Assembly: GCF_044704955.1 (NCBI RefSeq)
Contig: NW_027251311.1
Coordinates: 1 to 53,664 of the forward strand
Direction: 5' to 3'
From: Pristiophorus japonicus
Taxonomy: Eukaryota
Length of the DNA stretch: 53,664 bases
Of the stretch, positions 1 to 13,285 are shown piece by piece; within the stretch, counting starts at the first letter, position 1; each line of letters starts with the position of its first letter. The notes under the pieces are model-generated. The model worked only from the letters and a program-made list of their open reading frames with translations, had not been told where the DNA came from and did not search any database. The position numbers and the translations under genes were made by a program.

Positions 1-585
1 CACCCGGTCCGTCCCATTCTCAGTCCCCATTCTCCCGGTCCGTCCCATTCTCAGTCCCCATTCTCCCGGTCCGTCCCATTCTCCCGGTCCGTCCCATTCT
101 CAGTCCCCATTCTTCCGGTCCGTCCCATTCTCGGTCCCCATTCTCCTGGTCCGTCTCATTCTCAGTCCCCATTCTCCCGGTCCGTCCCATTCTCAGTCCC
201 CATTCTCACGGTCCGTCCCATTCTCAGTCCACATTCTCCCGGTCCGTCCCATTCTCAATCCCCATTCTCCCGGTCCGTCCCATTCTCAGTCCCCATTCTC
301 CCGGTCCTTCCCATTCTCAGTCCCCATTCTCCCGGTCCGTCCCATTCTCCCGGTCCGTCCCATTCTCAGTCCCCATTCTCCCGGTCCGGTCCCATTCTCA
401 GTCTCCATTCTCCCGGTCCGTCCCATTCTCAGTCCCCATTCTCCCGGTCCGTCCCATTCTCAGTCCCCATTCTCCCGGTCCCATTCTCAGTCCCCATTCT
501 CCCGGTCCGTCCCATCTCAGTCCCCATTCTCCCGGTCCGGTCCCATTCTCAGTCCCCATTCTCCCGCTCCGTCCCATTCTCGGTC
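1..585. repeat. 31-bp pyrimidine-rich minisatellite
   Basis: Unit CTCCCGGTCCGTCCCATTCTCAGTCCCCATT. Confidence 0.92.
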
Positions 586-1199
586 CCCGGACACACACAA
601 TGCTCTCTCTCTCCCCCCCCAATGTGTGAATTGGGACCGGACAGCCGTCGGGTGAGGTTGGAGGTAAGTTGCTGCTATGTATTTTTGAATTGTGTGTGTG
701 TCCGGGCACTTGCTGCGCCGATTTCCTTAACTCGAGGGAAGGTTTTTCAGCAGAGGCCACATACTCTTGCCTAAGCACAACTGGAGTAACTCTCAGCTGG
801 CCAAACTTCCCTAATTGGTGGAAGTGGCTGGTTACGCCCCTTTGGCTGAAAAAAACTGACCTAAAGAAATGGTAACTGAGTTACATTGCTGCAGATTGAT
901 TGGGGAAACTGGTTTTTCAACTTCAGCCAAAAGGAATTGCTGCAAAAAACCGGCGCAAATCACTGGTGAGAATTGTGCCCAACATTATGTGATCAGAAAA
1001 GTTGCACTTTATACAGTTCGCAACAAGTAGCAATCATACTTCAGGTGTGTGCCTCGGGGGATATTAGTACATCTGAGAGAGAGAGAGCCCTGAGAGCATT
1101 GTGAGAGAGAGAGAGCCAAGATTATCAAAAGGAGAAAGGAGCGAACGAGTGAATATGGGGAAGAGCAATGAGGAGTGAGGGAGTAAGGGAAGGAGGGGG

Positions 1200-3155
1200 A
1201 GTGGAGCGACGGAGGGGGACAAGGGAGGGAGAATGGAGATGAGGGAGGGAGGGAGAATGGAGATGAGGGAGGGAGGGAGAATGGAGATGAGGGAGGGANN
1301 NNNNNNNNNNNNNNNNNNNNNNNNNNNNNNNNNNNNNNNNNNNNNNNNNNNNNNNNNNNNNNNNNNNNNNNNNNNNNNNNNNNNNNNNNNNNNNNNNNNN
1401 NNNNNNNNNNNNNNNNNNNNNNNNNNNNNNNNNGGAGAGAGATGAGGGAGGGAGGGAGGGAGGGGGAGAGAGATGAGGGAGGGAGGGGGAGAGAGATGAG
1501 GGAGGGAGGGGGAGAGAGATGAGGGAGGGAGGGGGAGAGAGATGAGGGAGGGAGGGGGAGAGAGATGAGGGAGGGAGGGGGAGAGAGATGAGGGAGGGAG
1601 GGGGAGAGAGATGAGGGAGGGAGGGGGAGAGAGATGAGGGAGGGAGGGGGAGAGAGATGAGGGAGGGAGGGGGAGAGAGATGAGGGAGGGAGGGGGAGAG
1701 AGATGAGGGAGGGAGGGGGAGAGAGATGAGGGAGGGAGGGGGAGAGAGATGAGGGAGGGAGGGGGAGAGAGATGAGGGAGGGAGGGGGAGAGAGATGAGG
1801 GAGGGAGGGGGAGAGAGATGAGGGAGGGNNNNNNNNNNNNNNNNNNNNNNNNNNNNNNNNNNNNNNNNNNNNNNNNNNNNNNNNNNNNNNNNNNNNNNNN
1901 NNNNNNNNNNNNNNNNNNNNNNNNNNNNNNNNNNNNNNNNNNNNNNNNNNNNNNNNNNNNNNNNNNNNNNNNNNNNNNNNNNNNNNNNNNGGAGAGAGAT
2001 GAGGGAGTGAGGGAGGAGGGGAGAGGGGAGGGAGGAGGGGAGAGGGGAGGGAGGAGGGGAGAGATGAGGGAGGAGGGGAGGGAGGAGGGGAGAGATGAGG
2101 GAGGGGGGAGAGATGAGGGAGGGATGAGGGAGGGAGGGGGTGAGGGAGGGAGGGGGAGGGGTGAGGGAGGGAGGGGGAGAGATGAGGGAGGGAGGGAGGG
2201 GGAGAGATGAGGGAGGGAGGGAGGGGGAGAGATGAGGGAGNNNNNNNNNNNNNNNNNNNNNNNNNNNNNNNNNNNNNNNNNNNNNNNNNNNNNNNNNNNN
2301 NNNNNNNNNNNNNNNNNNNNNNNNNNNNNNNNNNNNNNNNNNNNNNNNNNNNNNNNNNNNNNNNNNNNNNNNNNNNNNNNNNNNNNNNNNNNNNNNNNNN
2401 NNNNNNNNNNNNNNNNNNNNNNNNNNNNNNNNNNNNNNNNNNNNNNNNNNNNNNNNNNNNNNNNNNNNNNNNNNNNNNNNNNNNNNNNNNNNNNNNNAGA
2501 GATGAGGGAGAGATGAGGGGGGAGAGATGAGGGAGGGAGGGAGGGGGGAGAGATGAGGGAGGGAGGGAGGGGGGAGAGATGAGGGAGGGAGGGAGGGGGG
2601 AGAGATGAGGGAGGGAGGGGGGAGAGATGAGGGAGGGGGGAGAGATGAGGGAGGGAGGGAGGGGGAGGGGGAGAGAAGAGGGAGGGAGGGGGAGGGGGAG
2701 AGATGAGGGAGGGAGGGGGAGGGGGAGAGATGAGGGAGTGAGGGGGAGAGATGAGGGAGGGGGAGAGATGAGGGAGGGAGGGGAAGAGATGAGGGGGAGA
2801 GATGAGGGAGGGAGAGATGAGGGGGGGAGAGAGGAGCGAGGGAGGGACAGGGACGAGGCAGGGGGACGAGGGAGGGAGGGAGACGAGGGAGGGAGACGAG
2901 GGAGGGAGGGAGAGAGTAGAGAGGGAGGGGGAGAGTAGCGAGGGAGGGAGGGGGAGAGTAGCGAGGGAGGGAGGGAAGGGGGGAGAGTAGCGAGGGAGGG
3001 GGAGAGTAGCGAGGGGGGGAGAGTAGCGAGGGAGGGGGAGCAGCGAGGGAGGGTGGGGAAAGAGGGAGGGTGGGGAGAGAGGGAGGGTGGGAGAGGAGCG
3101 AGGGAGGGAGGGGGAGAGGAGCGAGGGAGTGAGTGGGAGATGAGGGAGGGATGGA
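1200..3155. repeat. Polypurine tandem repeat (~23-bp GAGGGAGGGAGGGGGAGAGAGAT and variants) with three N gaps
   Basis: Direct inspection; assembly gaps at ~1299-1433, 1829-1990 and 2241-2497. Confidence 0.93.
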
Positions 3156-3598
3156 TGGGGAACAGTGAGCTGTTCCAAGACTTTCAGATGGGTGGGAGGG
3201 GAGACAATGGTTTAACTTGAAAATCCGTCACCTGCATGTTATTCAAGGTGCCAGGATATTTAAATTATGAAAAGTTAAGGAAGCTTTGATTGTTTCCTTT
3301 GCAAAACAGAAAACTTCAGCTTGATCTGTTGAACTTTATAAGATTCTGAAGGAATGTGCCAAAGCAAATTGTTCAAATACCAGGAGAAACAAGTTAGGAA
3401 GACAGGAGTAACTTGGGCAGAATAAATGGGTCCAGGAGATAATCTGTTGAGAAAAGGGATTGAGGTATCTGGTGAGTAGGTGGGGAGCAGGTTTGTTGGG
3501 TCTGATAACCTTTCCTGCTCAAAATGTCCATCGTATGTTCGTCCTCCCAGAATAGCATCTTATGGCAGGACTTCTTCTGTGGGTCAGCTGTCAGCTGT

Positions 3599-3609
3599 TT
3601 ATTTATTGC
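3599..3609 (-). CDS. Candidate terminal coding exon (GNK-stop) followed by 3' UTR
   Basis: Strong pyrimidine-rich acceptor ttgtttttaattttgttcaaacag|GC AAT AAA TAA, phase-1 compatible, in unique sequence. Alternatives exist (an acceptor near 12607, or read-through of the 13099 donor). No clear AATAAA seen downstream. Confidence 0.4.
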
Positions 3610-3754
3610 CTGTTTGAACAAAATTAAAAACAAAGCAGTTATCTGAAGTAATCTAGTGCAAAATGTGACAATAAAAGACAATTTCAGACACTGTCTGAGT
3701 TTATCCCGGGCGTATCTGAGCCATACAGACTGGGAAGGCCTCAGGGTTGAGTGA

Positions 3755-6700
3755 ATCAGAAATATATGTCACAGAAGGAGGCCATTCGACCCAGTGTGTC
3801 TGTGCCGGCTGACAAAGAGCTATCCAGCCTTATCCCATTGTCCAGCTCTCGGTCCGTAGCCTTGTTAGCCCTCCCCATAGGTTACACTTCAAGAGCATAT
3901 CCAAGTACTTTTGAACTGTGACGAGGGTTTCTGCCTCTACCACCCTTTCAGGCAGTGAGTTCCAGAGTTCCCCCAACCCTCTGGGGAAAAAAGTTTTCAA
4001 CTCCCCTCTAATCCTTCTACCAATGACTTTAAATCTATGCCCTCTGTTATTGACCCCTCTGCTAGGAGAAATAGGTCCTTCCTTTCCACTCTATCTCAGC
4101 CCCTCATAATTTTATACACCTCAATCACGTCTCCCCTCAGCCACCTCTGAGCTCTCCTCAGATAACAACCGCAGCCTATCCAATCTTTCCTCATAACTAA
4201 AATTCTCCATTCCTGGCAAAATCCTGGTAAATCTCCTCTGCACCAGAGAGGGTACAATCACATTTTTCCTGTAATGCAGTGAGCAGAACTGTATGCAGTA
4301 CTGTGGCCGAACAAGTGTTTTATGCAGTTCTAGCATAATCTCCCTGCTCTTATATTCTATGCCTCGGCTAATAAGGGCAAGTATCCCGTTTGCCTTCTGA
4401 ACCACTTTATCAGGAATAAGAACAGGAGCAGGAGTAGGCCATACGGCCCCTCGAGCCTGCTCTGCCATTTAATACGATCGTGGCTGATCCGATCATGGAC
4501 ACAGCTCCACTTCCCTGCCCGCCCCCCATAACCCTTTATTCCATTATCGGTTAAGAAACTGTCTATCTCTGTCTTAAATTTATTCAATATCCCAGCTTCC
4601 GCAGCTCTCTGATGGGTGGGGGTAGGTCGAAGGTCAGGGGGTGGGGGAGAGTGGTGGAGGAGGGGGGAGGGTCGGGGGTCTGGGGGATGGGGGAGGGTCA
4701 GGGTGGGGGAGGGTCACGGGGTAGAGGAGGGTCGGGGGTCAGGGGGATGGGGGAGGGTCAGGGTGGGGGAGGGTCACGGGGTAGAGGAGGGTCGGGGGTC
4801 AGGGGGGTGGGGGAGGGTCAGGGGTCTGGGGGATGGGGGAAGGTCGGGGGTCTGGGGGGTGGGGGAGGGGTGGGGGAGGGTCTGGGGGATGGGGGCAGGC
4901 CGGGGGGGGTGGGGGAGGGTCGGGGGTGGAGGAGGGTCGGTGGGTCGGGTCAGGGGTGGGGGAGGGTCGGGGGGGTGGGGGTGGGCCGGGGGTCTGGGGA
5001 AGATCGGGGGGGGAGGGTCGGGGGTGGGTGGGTGGGGGGAGGGTTGGGGGTGGAGGAGGGTCGGGGGGGTGGGGGCGGGCCGGGGGTCTGGGGGGTGGGG
5101 AAGGTCCGGGGTGGGGGAGGGTCTGGGGGGGTGGGGGGAGGGTCGGGGGTGGAGGAGGGTCGGTGGTCGGGTCAGGGGTGGGGGAGGGTCGGAGGGGTGG
5201 GGGCGGGCCGGGGGGGGGGTGGGGGCGGGCCGGGGGTCTGGGGAAGATCGGGGGGGGAGGATCGGGGGTGGGTGGGTCGGGGGTCTGGGGGGAGGGTTGG
5301 GGTGGAGGAAGGTTGGGGGTGGGGGAGGGTCGGGGGGTGGGGGCGGGCCGGGGGTCTGGGGGGTGGGGAAGGTCCGGGGTGGGGGAGGGTCGGGGGTCGG
5401 GGGGGTAGGGAAGGTCGGGGGGAGGGTCGGGAGGTGGGGAGGGGTCAGGGCCGGGGGTGGCTGGGTCAGGGGTGGCTGGGTCGGGGGTCGGGGGTGGGAG
5501 TGGCTGGGTCAGGGGTGGGGAGGTGGGTCCTGCTGTTACCTTCCTGCTACCTTCAGGGATCTGCAGACATACACTCCAAGGTCCCTCTGTCCCTCTACAC
5601 CTCTCAGTGTCCTACCATTTATTGTGTATTCCCTTGCCTTGTTAGCCATCCTCAAATGGAATACCTGATATTTCTCTGGGGTGATTTCCATTTGCCACCT
5701 TTCTCCCACTTGTCTGAAGCTTTCTTCCTCACTGTCAACCACACGATCAATTTTATATCATCTTCAAACTACATTGGAATATAAATCATTGACGCATACC
5801 ACAAAAAGCAAGGGCCCCAGTACTGAGCCCTGTGGAACCCCATTGGAAACAGCCTTCCAGTCACAAATACACCCGTTGGCCATTACCCTTTGCTTCCTGC
5901 CACTGAGACAATTTTGGATCCAACTTGCCACTTCCCCTTGGATCCTCTGGGCTTTTACTTTCCTGACCAGTCTGCCATGTGGGATCTTGTCAAAGGCCTT
6001 GCTAAAAATCCATGCAGACAAGCACTACTCTCATCAAACATCCTCGTTACCTCCTCAAAAAACTCAATCAAGTAAGTCAGACACGACCTTCCCTTAACAA
6101 ATCCATGCTGATTATCCTTGGTTAATCCATGCCTTTTTAAATGATGATTAATTAATATTGTCCCTCAGAACTTTTGCCAACAATTTCCCCACCACTGTGG
6201 TTAGGCTGACTGGGCTGTAATTACTTGGTCTATCCCTTTCTCCCTTTTTAAACAACGGTACAACATTAGCAGTCCTCCAGTACCACACATGTAGCCTGAG
6301 AGGATTGAAAAATGATGGTCAGAGCCTCCGCTATTTCCTTCCTTGCTTGTCTTAACAGCCTGGGATGCATTTCATCCAGGCCTGGCAATTTATCCACTTT
6401 CAAAGATGCTAAACCCCCTTATATCTCCAGTCTCACTATATTTATCTCATCTAATATATTACACTCCTCCTCCTTAACTACAATGTCTGCATCATCCCTC
6501 TCTTTTGTGAGGACAGATGCAACGTATTCATCAAGACCCATACCCATGTCTTCCACCTCCACACACAGGTTACCTTTATGGTCTCTAATAGACCCGACTC
6601 TTTTTTTCGTTATCCTCTTGCTCTTTATGTATTTATAAAACATCTTTGGGTTTTCCGCGATTTTACTTGCCAATATTTTTTCAAACCCTCTCTTTGCTTT

Positions 6701-7580
6701 CTGAATTCCCTTTTTAATGTCACCTCTGCACTTTCTAACTCTCGGTATCCAATATAAGCTTCCCTTTTTTGCCTTATCCCACCCTGTATCTCCCTTGACA
6801 TCTGGGGAGCTCTAGATGTGGGAGTCCCACCCTTTTTCTTTGAGAGAACATATTTGCTCTGAACCACCACTATCTCCTCCTTGAATGCCTCCCACTGCCC
6901 CAACACTGATTTACCTTTGTCGCTGTTTCCACTCCACTTTTGCTAAGTCACATCTCAGCTTATTAAAATTGGCCTTTCCCCAACTGAGAACTTTTACTCT
7001 TGGTTTATCTTTCTCCTTTCCATAACTACACTAAATCTAACTGAATTATGATCACTATCACCAAAATGCTCCCCCATTGATACCCCTTCCACCTCTCCAG
7101 CATCATTCCCTAAAACTAAGGCCAGAACCGCCTCTCTCTTGTTGGGTTTGCTGTGTGTTGGCTATAAATGTTCTCGATTGCATTTTGTGAATTCTGTGCT
7201 CTCTATACCTTTTACACTGATGCTATCCCAGTTCATGTTAGGGTAGTTGAAATCCCCTACTATTACTGCCTATTGTTTTTGCACTTCTCAGAAATGTGGC
7301 CATATTTGTTCTCCTGTCCCCTCTGACTGTTTGGGGGCCTATAATACACTCCCAGCAGTGTAATTGGCTCTTTTTTGATCTTCAGTTGAACCCATATGGA
7401 CTTATTTGATGATCTTTCTAATGTATCATCCCTCCTCACAGTTGTAATTGTTTCTTTAACCAATATTGGGACCCCCCCTCATTTTTATCTCCCTCTCTAT
7501 CACGTCTGAAAACCCTGTAACCAGGAATGTTATGCTGCCAGTCCTGCCCTTTCAGCCATGTTTCAGTAATAATGATCTGT
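3755..7580 (-). mobile_element. Degenerate CR1 LINE (endonuclease, RT and 3' UTR) interrupted by a second CR1 3' fragment (4411-4611) and a G-rich array
   Basis: Minus-strand peptides KAFDKIPHGRL, GVPQGSVLGPLLF, ANGILALISRGIEYKSRE, VYYRPPNS and NPKMFYKYIKSKR are typical of CR1 ORF2. Confidence 0.88.
4612..5527. repeat. Degenerate G-rich tandem repeat
   Basis: Recurrent GGGGGAGGGTC and GGGGGTCTGGGG units. Confidence 0.9.
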
Positions 7581-7773
7581 GTTGTCTCCAACAGTGGCAG
7601 TTGAGGAGCCATGGGCTGGAGAGGGATAAAATCTGGTCACATTGCCACTCCTGATCACCATCAGGGACTGCTGCTGGAACTGTTTCCCTCCTCAACTCTC
7701 ATTTTAAGATTATGCCTTGTTCTTAATTCTCCCATCAGAGAAAATAGTTTCTCTCAATCTACCCCATCAAATC

Positions 7774-8018
7774 TGTCATTTTGTAACTGCAATGTAACAC
7801 CACTGTATTACTGTATGCACTCAACTGAGATGCACACCTTGACCACAAGGGGTGAACTTGTGGGAGACACTCCTTACCTGATCACACAGGTATATAAAGG
7901 GAGGTCCCACACAGGGTCATCACTTCTGGAGTACTGAATAAAGAGTTCAGGTCACGTAGTAGCCTTGTCCCTGGAATGTGCCTCGTGTGGTTTCATGCAG
8001 TGGAGTAAGGACTTTACA
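7774..8018 (+). repeat. 5' LTR of the Gypsy element
   Basis: Runs TGTCATTTTG...GACTTTACA and contains TATATAAA and AATAAA. About 11 differences from the 3' LTR by manual count. Confidence 0.95.
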
Positions 8019-11000
8019 TTGGCGACGAGAAACGGGAACTCACGACCCACGAGAATGGCCACCGGTAACACAGATGAACGGTACTGTGTTGGGGAAGACT
8101 GGGACGATTTTGTTGAGAGGCTTCAGCAGAGTTTTGTGACGAAAGACTGGCTGGGGGATGCAGCGGCCGACAAGCGTCGGTCTCATCTCTTGACCAGCTG
8201 TGGACCAAAGACTTATGCGCTCATGAAGGACTTACTGGCACCTGAGAAGCCGTCGGACAAAACCTTTGAGGAGCTTAGCAAGTTGATTGGGGAGCACCTC
8301 AAGCTGGTGAGCAGCATACACATGGCTCGACACAGATTCTACACATTGTGAAGGGCAGAGCATACCGGACTTTGTAGTGGACCTCCGGCGTTTGACCAGT
8401 CTCTGTAAGTTCACAGATGCCTGCAGTGGGGAGATGCTAAGGGTCTTCTTTATTGAAGGTATCGGTCATGCGGGAATCTTTCACAAGTTAATTGAGACCA
8501 AGGACTTGACCTTGAAGCGGCGGCGTTGTTGGCTCAGACTTTCATGGCGGGGGAGGAAGAGACGAAAATGATTTACGCGCGCAATTCTGTCTCCAACACG
8601 GCGATGGATCAGGGAGTCAACGTCCTCCATGCTACTCAGAGCCCCGCAGGCAGGCAGGGGCAGTCCGACACTCCCCAGGCAGCAATAGACCCCAGAGTAG
8701 GACCTCAACAAAGACAATGGCAGGCTGAACGGACGTTCACGCCATCACAGTGGACAATGCAGCCCGGGATGGGGCCATTGACACCCACTAATAGGGTACT
8801 TAAGAGCAGTCAAAGAGACAGTCAGCACGGAATCACTGGCCACAGCCCTTTCGTCCCCAATAATGGAAACTTTAACTTGTGTTGGAGGTGTGGGGGAAAA
8901 CACTCAGCCAGATCTTGCAGGTTCCAACAGTTCGTTTGCAGAAACTGCAACCTCAGTGGCCATTTAGCCCGTCTGTGCAGAAAGCCTGCAACCAGACTGA
9001 TATTTGAGGCAGATGGACCAAAAGAGGGTTCTGTGAGGCAGGATGACTTTTGGGGCAAACCGATGGATGCCGAGGTTCAGCGGGTCCATGCGGTGAATAT
9101 TCACAGTTTATACACCAAAACGCCACCAATGATGATGAGGGTTTTGTTGAACAGCATCCCGGTACACATGGAGCTGGACACGGGGGCCAGCCAGTCACTC
9201 ATTAGCGTTCAGCAATTCGCGAAATTATGGCCACGCAAAGCCAGCAGACCCAAATTACAACTCATCGAGACGCAAAGAAATCATTCCGGTGCTAGGCAGT
9301 GCAATGTTGGCTGTCACACACAATGGCTCGGTGAACCGGCTGCCGCTCTGGATTGTCCCGGGAAATGGGCCCGCATTGTTGGGAGGAGCTGGTTAGCCGA
9401 GATGAACTGGAAATGGGGGGATGTTCACGCAATGTCATCCGTGGTCCTCATAAGTCCTACAACAATTCGAGTCACTGTTCCAACCTGGCGTCGGGACATT
9501 CAAAGGCACCAAAGTAGTGATACACATCACCCCAGACGCCAGGCCAGTGCACCACAAAGCCAGAGCGGTGCCGTATGTGATGCGGGAGAAAATTGAGAGC
9601 GAATTGGACCAGCTGTTGAGAGAGGGCATCGTCTCGCCTGTTGAATTCAGCGACTGGGTGAGCCCCATTGTCCCCGTTCTGAAAGCAGATGGTTCTGTCA
9701 GGATCTGTGGCGACTACAAGGCCACCATCAATCGGGTGTCCCTACAAGACCAATACCCGCTCCCAAGAGCGGAGGACCTCTTCGCCACGCTGGCAGGCAG
9801 CAAGCTGTTCACCAAGTTGGACCTCAATCAGCCTATATGACCCAGGAACTGGCCGATGAATCTGAACTGCTGATCACCATCACCACGCACAAGGGACTGT
9901 TTGCGTATAACAGGTGCCCGTTTGGCATTCGATCAGCGGCCGCGATCTTTCAACGCAACAGAGAAAGCCTGCTTAAATCAATTCCTGGCACGATTGTATT
10001 CCAGGACGACATCCTCATCACGGGTCGAGACACCGAGGAACACCTCCACAACCTGGAGGAGGTGCTACGCCGACTGGACCGGGTAGGCCTGCGACTCAAG
10101 AAATCTAAATGCATGTTTTTAGCTCCCGAGGTTGAGTTTCTGAGCAGGAGGGTTGCTGCAGATGGGATTTGGCCCACCGAATCCAAAACAGAGGCGATTC
10201 GACGAGCACCCAGGCCCTGCAACACATCGGAGCTGCGTTCATGCCTGTGACTGTTGAACTATTTCGGGAACTTTCTGCCGAACTTGAGCACGTTGTTGGA
10301 GCCGCTACACGTGCTCCTGCGTAAGGGCTGCAATTGGTTTTGGGGGGACTGTCAGGAATGTGCTTTCGATCGAGCGCGAAACCTACTGTGTTCTAACAAG
10401 CTGTTGACCCTGTATGACCCCTGTAAAAGTTTAGTTCTGACTTGTGATGCTTCGTCCTATGGGGTTGGGTGCGTGTTGCAGCAGGGTAATGCTGAGGGTC
10501 AGCTACAACCTGTGGCTTATGCCTCCAGGTCGCTCTCTCAAGCAGAAAGGGGGTATGGGATGGTTGAGAAGGAAGTGCTCGCATGTGTCTATGGTGTAAA
10601 GAAATGCATCAGTATCTCTTTGGTAGAAAGTTTGAATTGGAAATGGACCATAAGCCACTCACATCCCTGTTGTCAGACAGCAAGCCTGTCAATGCCAACG
10701 CATCAGCTCACATACAGCGATGGGCTCTCACGCTGGCTACCTATGACTACTCCATCCGGCACCGGCCCGGCACTGAAAATTGCGCTGACGCGCTCATCAG
10801 GCTTCCACTGGCCACCACTGAGGGGGCAGCTGAGCAAAGCGCTGAGATGGTCATGGCTGTCGATGCTTTCAGCAGTGCAGGCTCCCCCATCACAGCCCGC
10901 CAGATCAAAATCTGGACAAAGAGGGATCCCCTCCTATCCCTGATTAAGAAATGTGTCCTGACTGGGGATTGGGCGCCCGTTCCACAGGCGGATGGATGAG

Positions 11001-12209
11001 CTTTCTGTCCAAGCTGACTGCCTACTATGGGGCAGCCGGGTAGTTATGCCCCAGAAGGGCAGGGAGGCGTTCATCAGGGAACTCCACAGAGAGCACCCAG
11101 GCATTGTGATGATGAAGGCCATTGCCCGGTCACACGTTTGATGGCCTGAAATTGACTCAGACCTGCAACACTGTGTTTGAAGGTGCACGACATGTTCCCA
11201 GCTGGGTAATGCCCCCAGGGAGGCCCCACTCAGCCAGTGGCCCTGGCCCACCAAGCTATGGTCACGCATTCACGTTGACTACACGGGCCCGTTCATGGGT
11301 AAGATGTTCCTTATCGTTGTAGATGCGTACTCGAAATAGATCGACTGCATCATCCTGAATTCATGCACATCATCCACCACCATGGAAAGCCTACGTGCGA
11401 TCTTCGCAACCCATGGCTTGCCAGACATCCTGGTTAGTGACAATGGCCCGTGTTTCACGAGTTATGAATTCCGGCAATTTATGTCAGGCAATGGCATCAA
11501 CGATTTCAGGACTGCATCATTGAAGCCGGCCTCCAATGGCCAGGCGGAACGTGCGGTCTAAATCGTTAAGCAAGGTATGCTCAGGATTCAAGGACCCTCC
11601 CTACAATGCCACCTATCGCGCCTCCTGCTGGCCTATAGATCCCGCCCGCACTCGCTCACGGTGGTCCCGCCCGCGGAGTTACTAAAGAAACGGACACTCC
11701 AAACTCGGTTGTCCCTCATCCACCCAGTCCTGACTGACATAGTTGAGGGCAAGCGCAAGTCACAAAACGAGTACCATGACCGTAATTCGAGGGGGAGATG
11801 TATAGAAATAAATGATCCTGTATTCGTCCTCAATCACGCAATGGGACCCAAATGGCTCGAGGGTACTGTAATAGACAAAGAAGGGAATAGAGTCAACTCA
11901 ACAATGGCCAGATATGCCGAAAGCATCTGGACCAAGTAAAGAAAAGGTTCAGCAATGACACGCAGGAAGCTGAAGAAGACCATGAGATGGAGCTCACACT
12001 ACCGCCAGTGAATGTGCAACAAAAACAATCAGAAGAATGCACAGTCCCTGAGGTCAGCCCGGACAGGCCGGAATCACCACAGGGGACAGACACTCACGTC
12101 AGTGTTCAACAACCAGAGCCCCAACTGCAGCGCTCCACGAGGGAGCGTAGACCACCTGAAAGACTGAACCTATGATCCCAATAAGACTTTGGGGGTGGGG
12201 GGAAGGTGA

Positions 12210-12454
12210 TGTCATGTTTGTAACTACAATGTAACACCACTGTATTACTGTATGCACTCAACTGAGATGCACACCTTGACCACAAGGGGTGAACTTGTGG
12301 GAGACACTCCTTACCTGATCACTCAGGTATATAAAGGGAGGTCCCACGCAGGGTCATCAATTCTGGATACTAAATAAAGAGTTCAGGTCACGTAGTGGCC
12401 TTGTCCCTGGAAGGTGCCCCGTGTGGTTTCATGCAGTAGAGTAAGGACTTTACA
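12210..12454 (+). repeat. 3' LTR of the Gypsy element
   Basis: Direct repeat of 7774-8018, preceded by a polypurine tract. Confidence 0.95.
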
Positions 12455-13098
12455 GAATCCCTTTAACATTTTAACACCTCGATTAGATCACCCCTCGACC
12501 TTCGAAACTGAAGGCAATACAATCCAATTGATGCAATCATTTAACCCTTTCAGTCCCTGTATCATTCTGAGGTTGAAAAATTGATCAGCGGGAGATGTGT
12601 TTATCTCTGAAATAACAGTGACAAGTAATTACTGGTTATAGGAGTGTAAGTGGCCGGCTAGTATGTAGCTTTTCCTTGATTATTATGGTCTATTTTCCCA
12701 GAATTAATGTGACATAGCTCTTGTTGGAAAAATCAGGCCCAATAACTTGCTTAACCCTCGACACCAATGGAAAATGTTGAATCAGAAAATGAAGTGTGCT
12801 GGCTACTTTTAACCTGGTTACAATACTCAGTGTGAACAAAGGAGAGGATTTGTGTGTGTGCGGCTGTGGGTGTTAATGATTTAGTGAAAGCTGTTCATCA
12901 CCACACAACATTCAATCCATCACCGTACTGGGCTACTGATGGCCCGTTACCACACTGGGCCCATTGCTCTCGGTCTATTCCAGGCAGTGTTGCTGCTATG
13001 GATCCATTTTAGGTTTCCCACAGTTTCGCCATTTATACAAAAAGTGACCGATATCACACGCTTTGCCTCTACCCTTGTCAAGTGTGAGAGAAACATAC

Positions 13099-13141
13099 CT
13101 TTAAGCTCACTGTATATGGACTGATCCGGTTGCTGTAATGC
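13099..13141 (-). CDS. Receptor cytoplasmic exon 3 (second half of ITAM)
   Basis: Acceptor ctctgttccctgttag|GCA and donor AAAG|gtatgt; 43 nt, phase 0 to 1. Translation: ALQQPDQSIYSELK. Joined to the previous exon it gives YMAL-QQPDQSI-YSEL. Confidence 0.82.
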
Positions 13142-13243
13142 CTAACAGGGAACAGAGCAATGATAGAATCAGCAATCTAGTAACACGTGCCCAATGAAGG
13201 GTTATTTGGAATGTATTAACGTTCTGAATTTGGAGTTTCTTAC

Positions 13244-13285
13244 CATGTACGTGGCATTTGGATCCTCCAGACGATCTCCGGAGTT
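13244..13285 (-). CDS. Receptor cytoplasmic exon 2 (first half of ITAM)
   Basis: Acceptor tattttgttgtag|AAC and donor ATG|gtaaga; 42 nt, phase 0/0. Translation: NSGDRLEDPNATYM. Confidence 0.82.

Larger units (their letters stand above)
7774..12454 (+). mobile_element. Full-length, degenerate Ty3/Gypsy LTR retrotransposon (K02A2.6-like gag-pol)
   Basis: Two 245-bp TG...CA LTRs. PBS TGGCGACGAG at ~8020 and PPT at 12191-12209. Flanks aaatc/gaatc give a 5-bp TSD with one mismatch. Internal ORF pieces show gag (ATG at 8055), CCHC knuckles, protease LDTGA, RT FQDD, RNase H (CDAS..GVG) and integrase, broken by stops and frameshifts. Confidence 0.95.

Noticed and set aside
1064-5784. Long Pro-rich and Gly-rich ORFs (also at 31939-33906 and 49648-53664)
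   Set aside because: They are translations of low-complexity G/C tracts, some spanning N gaps.
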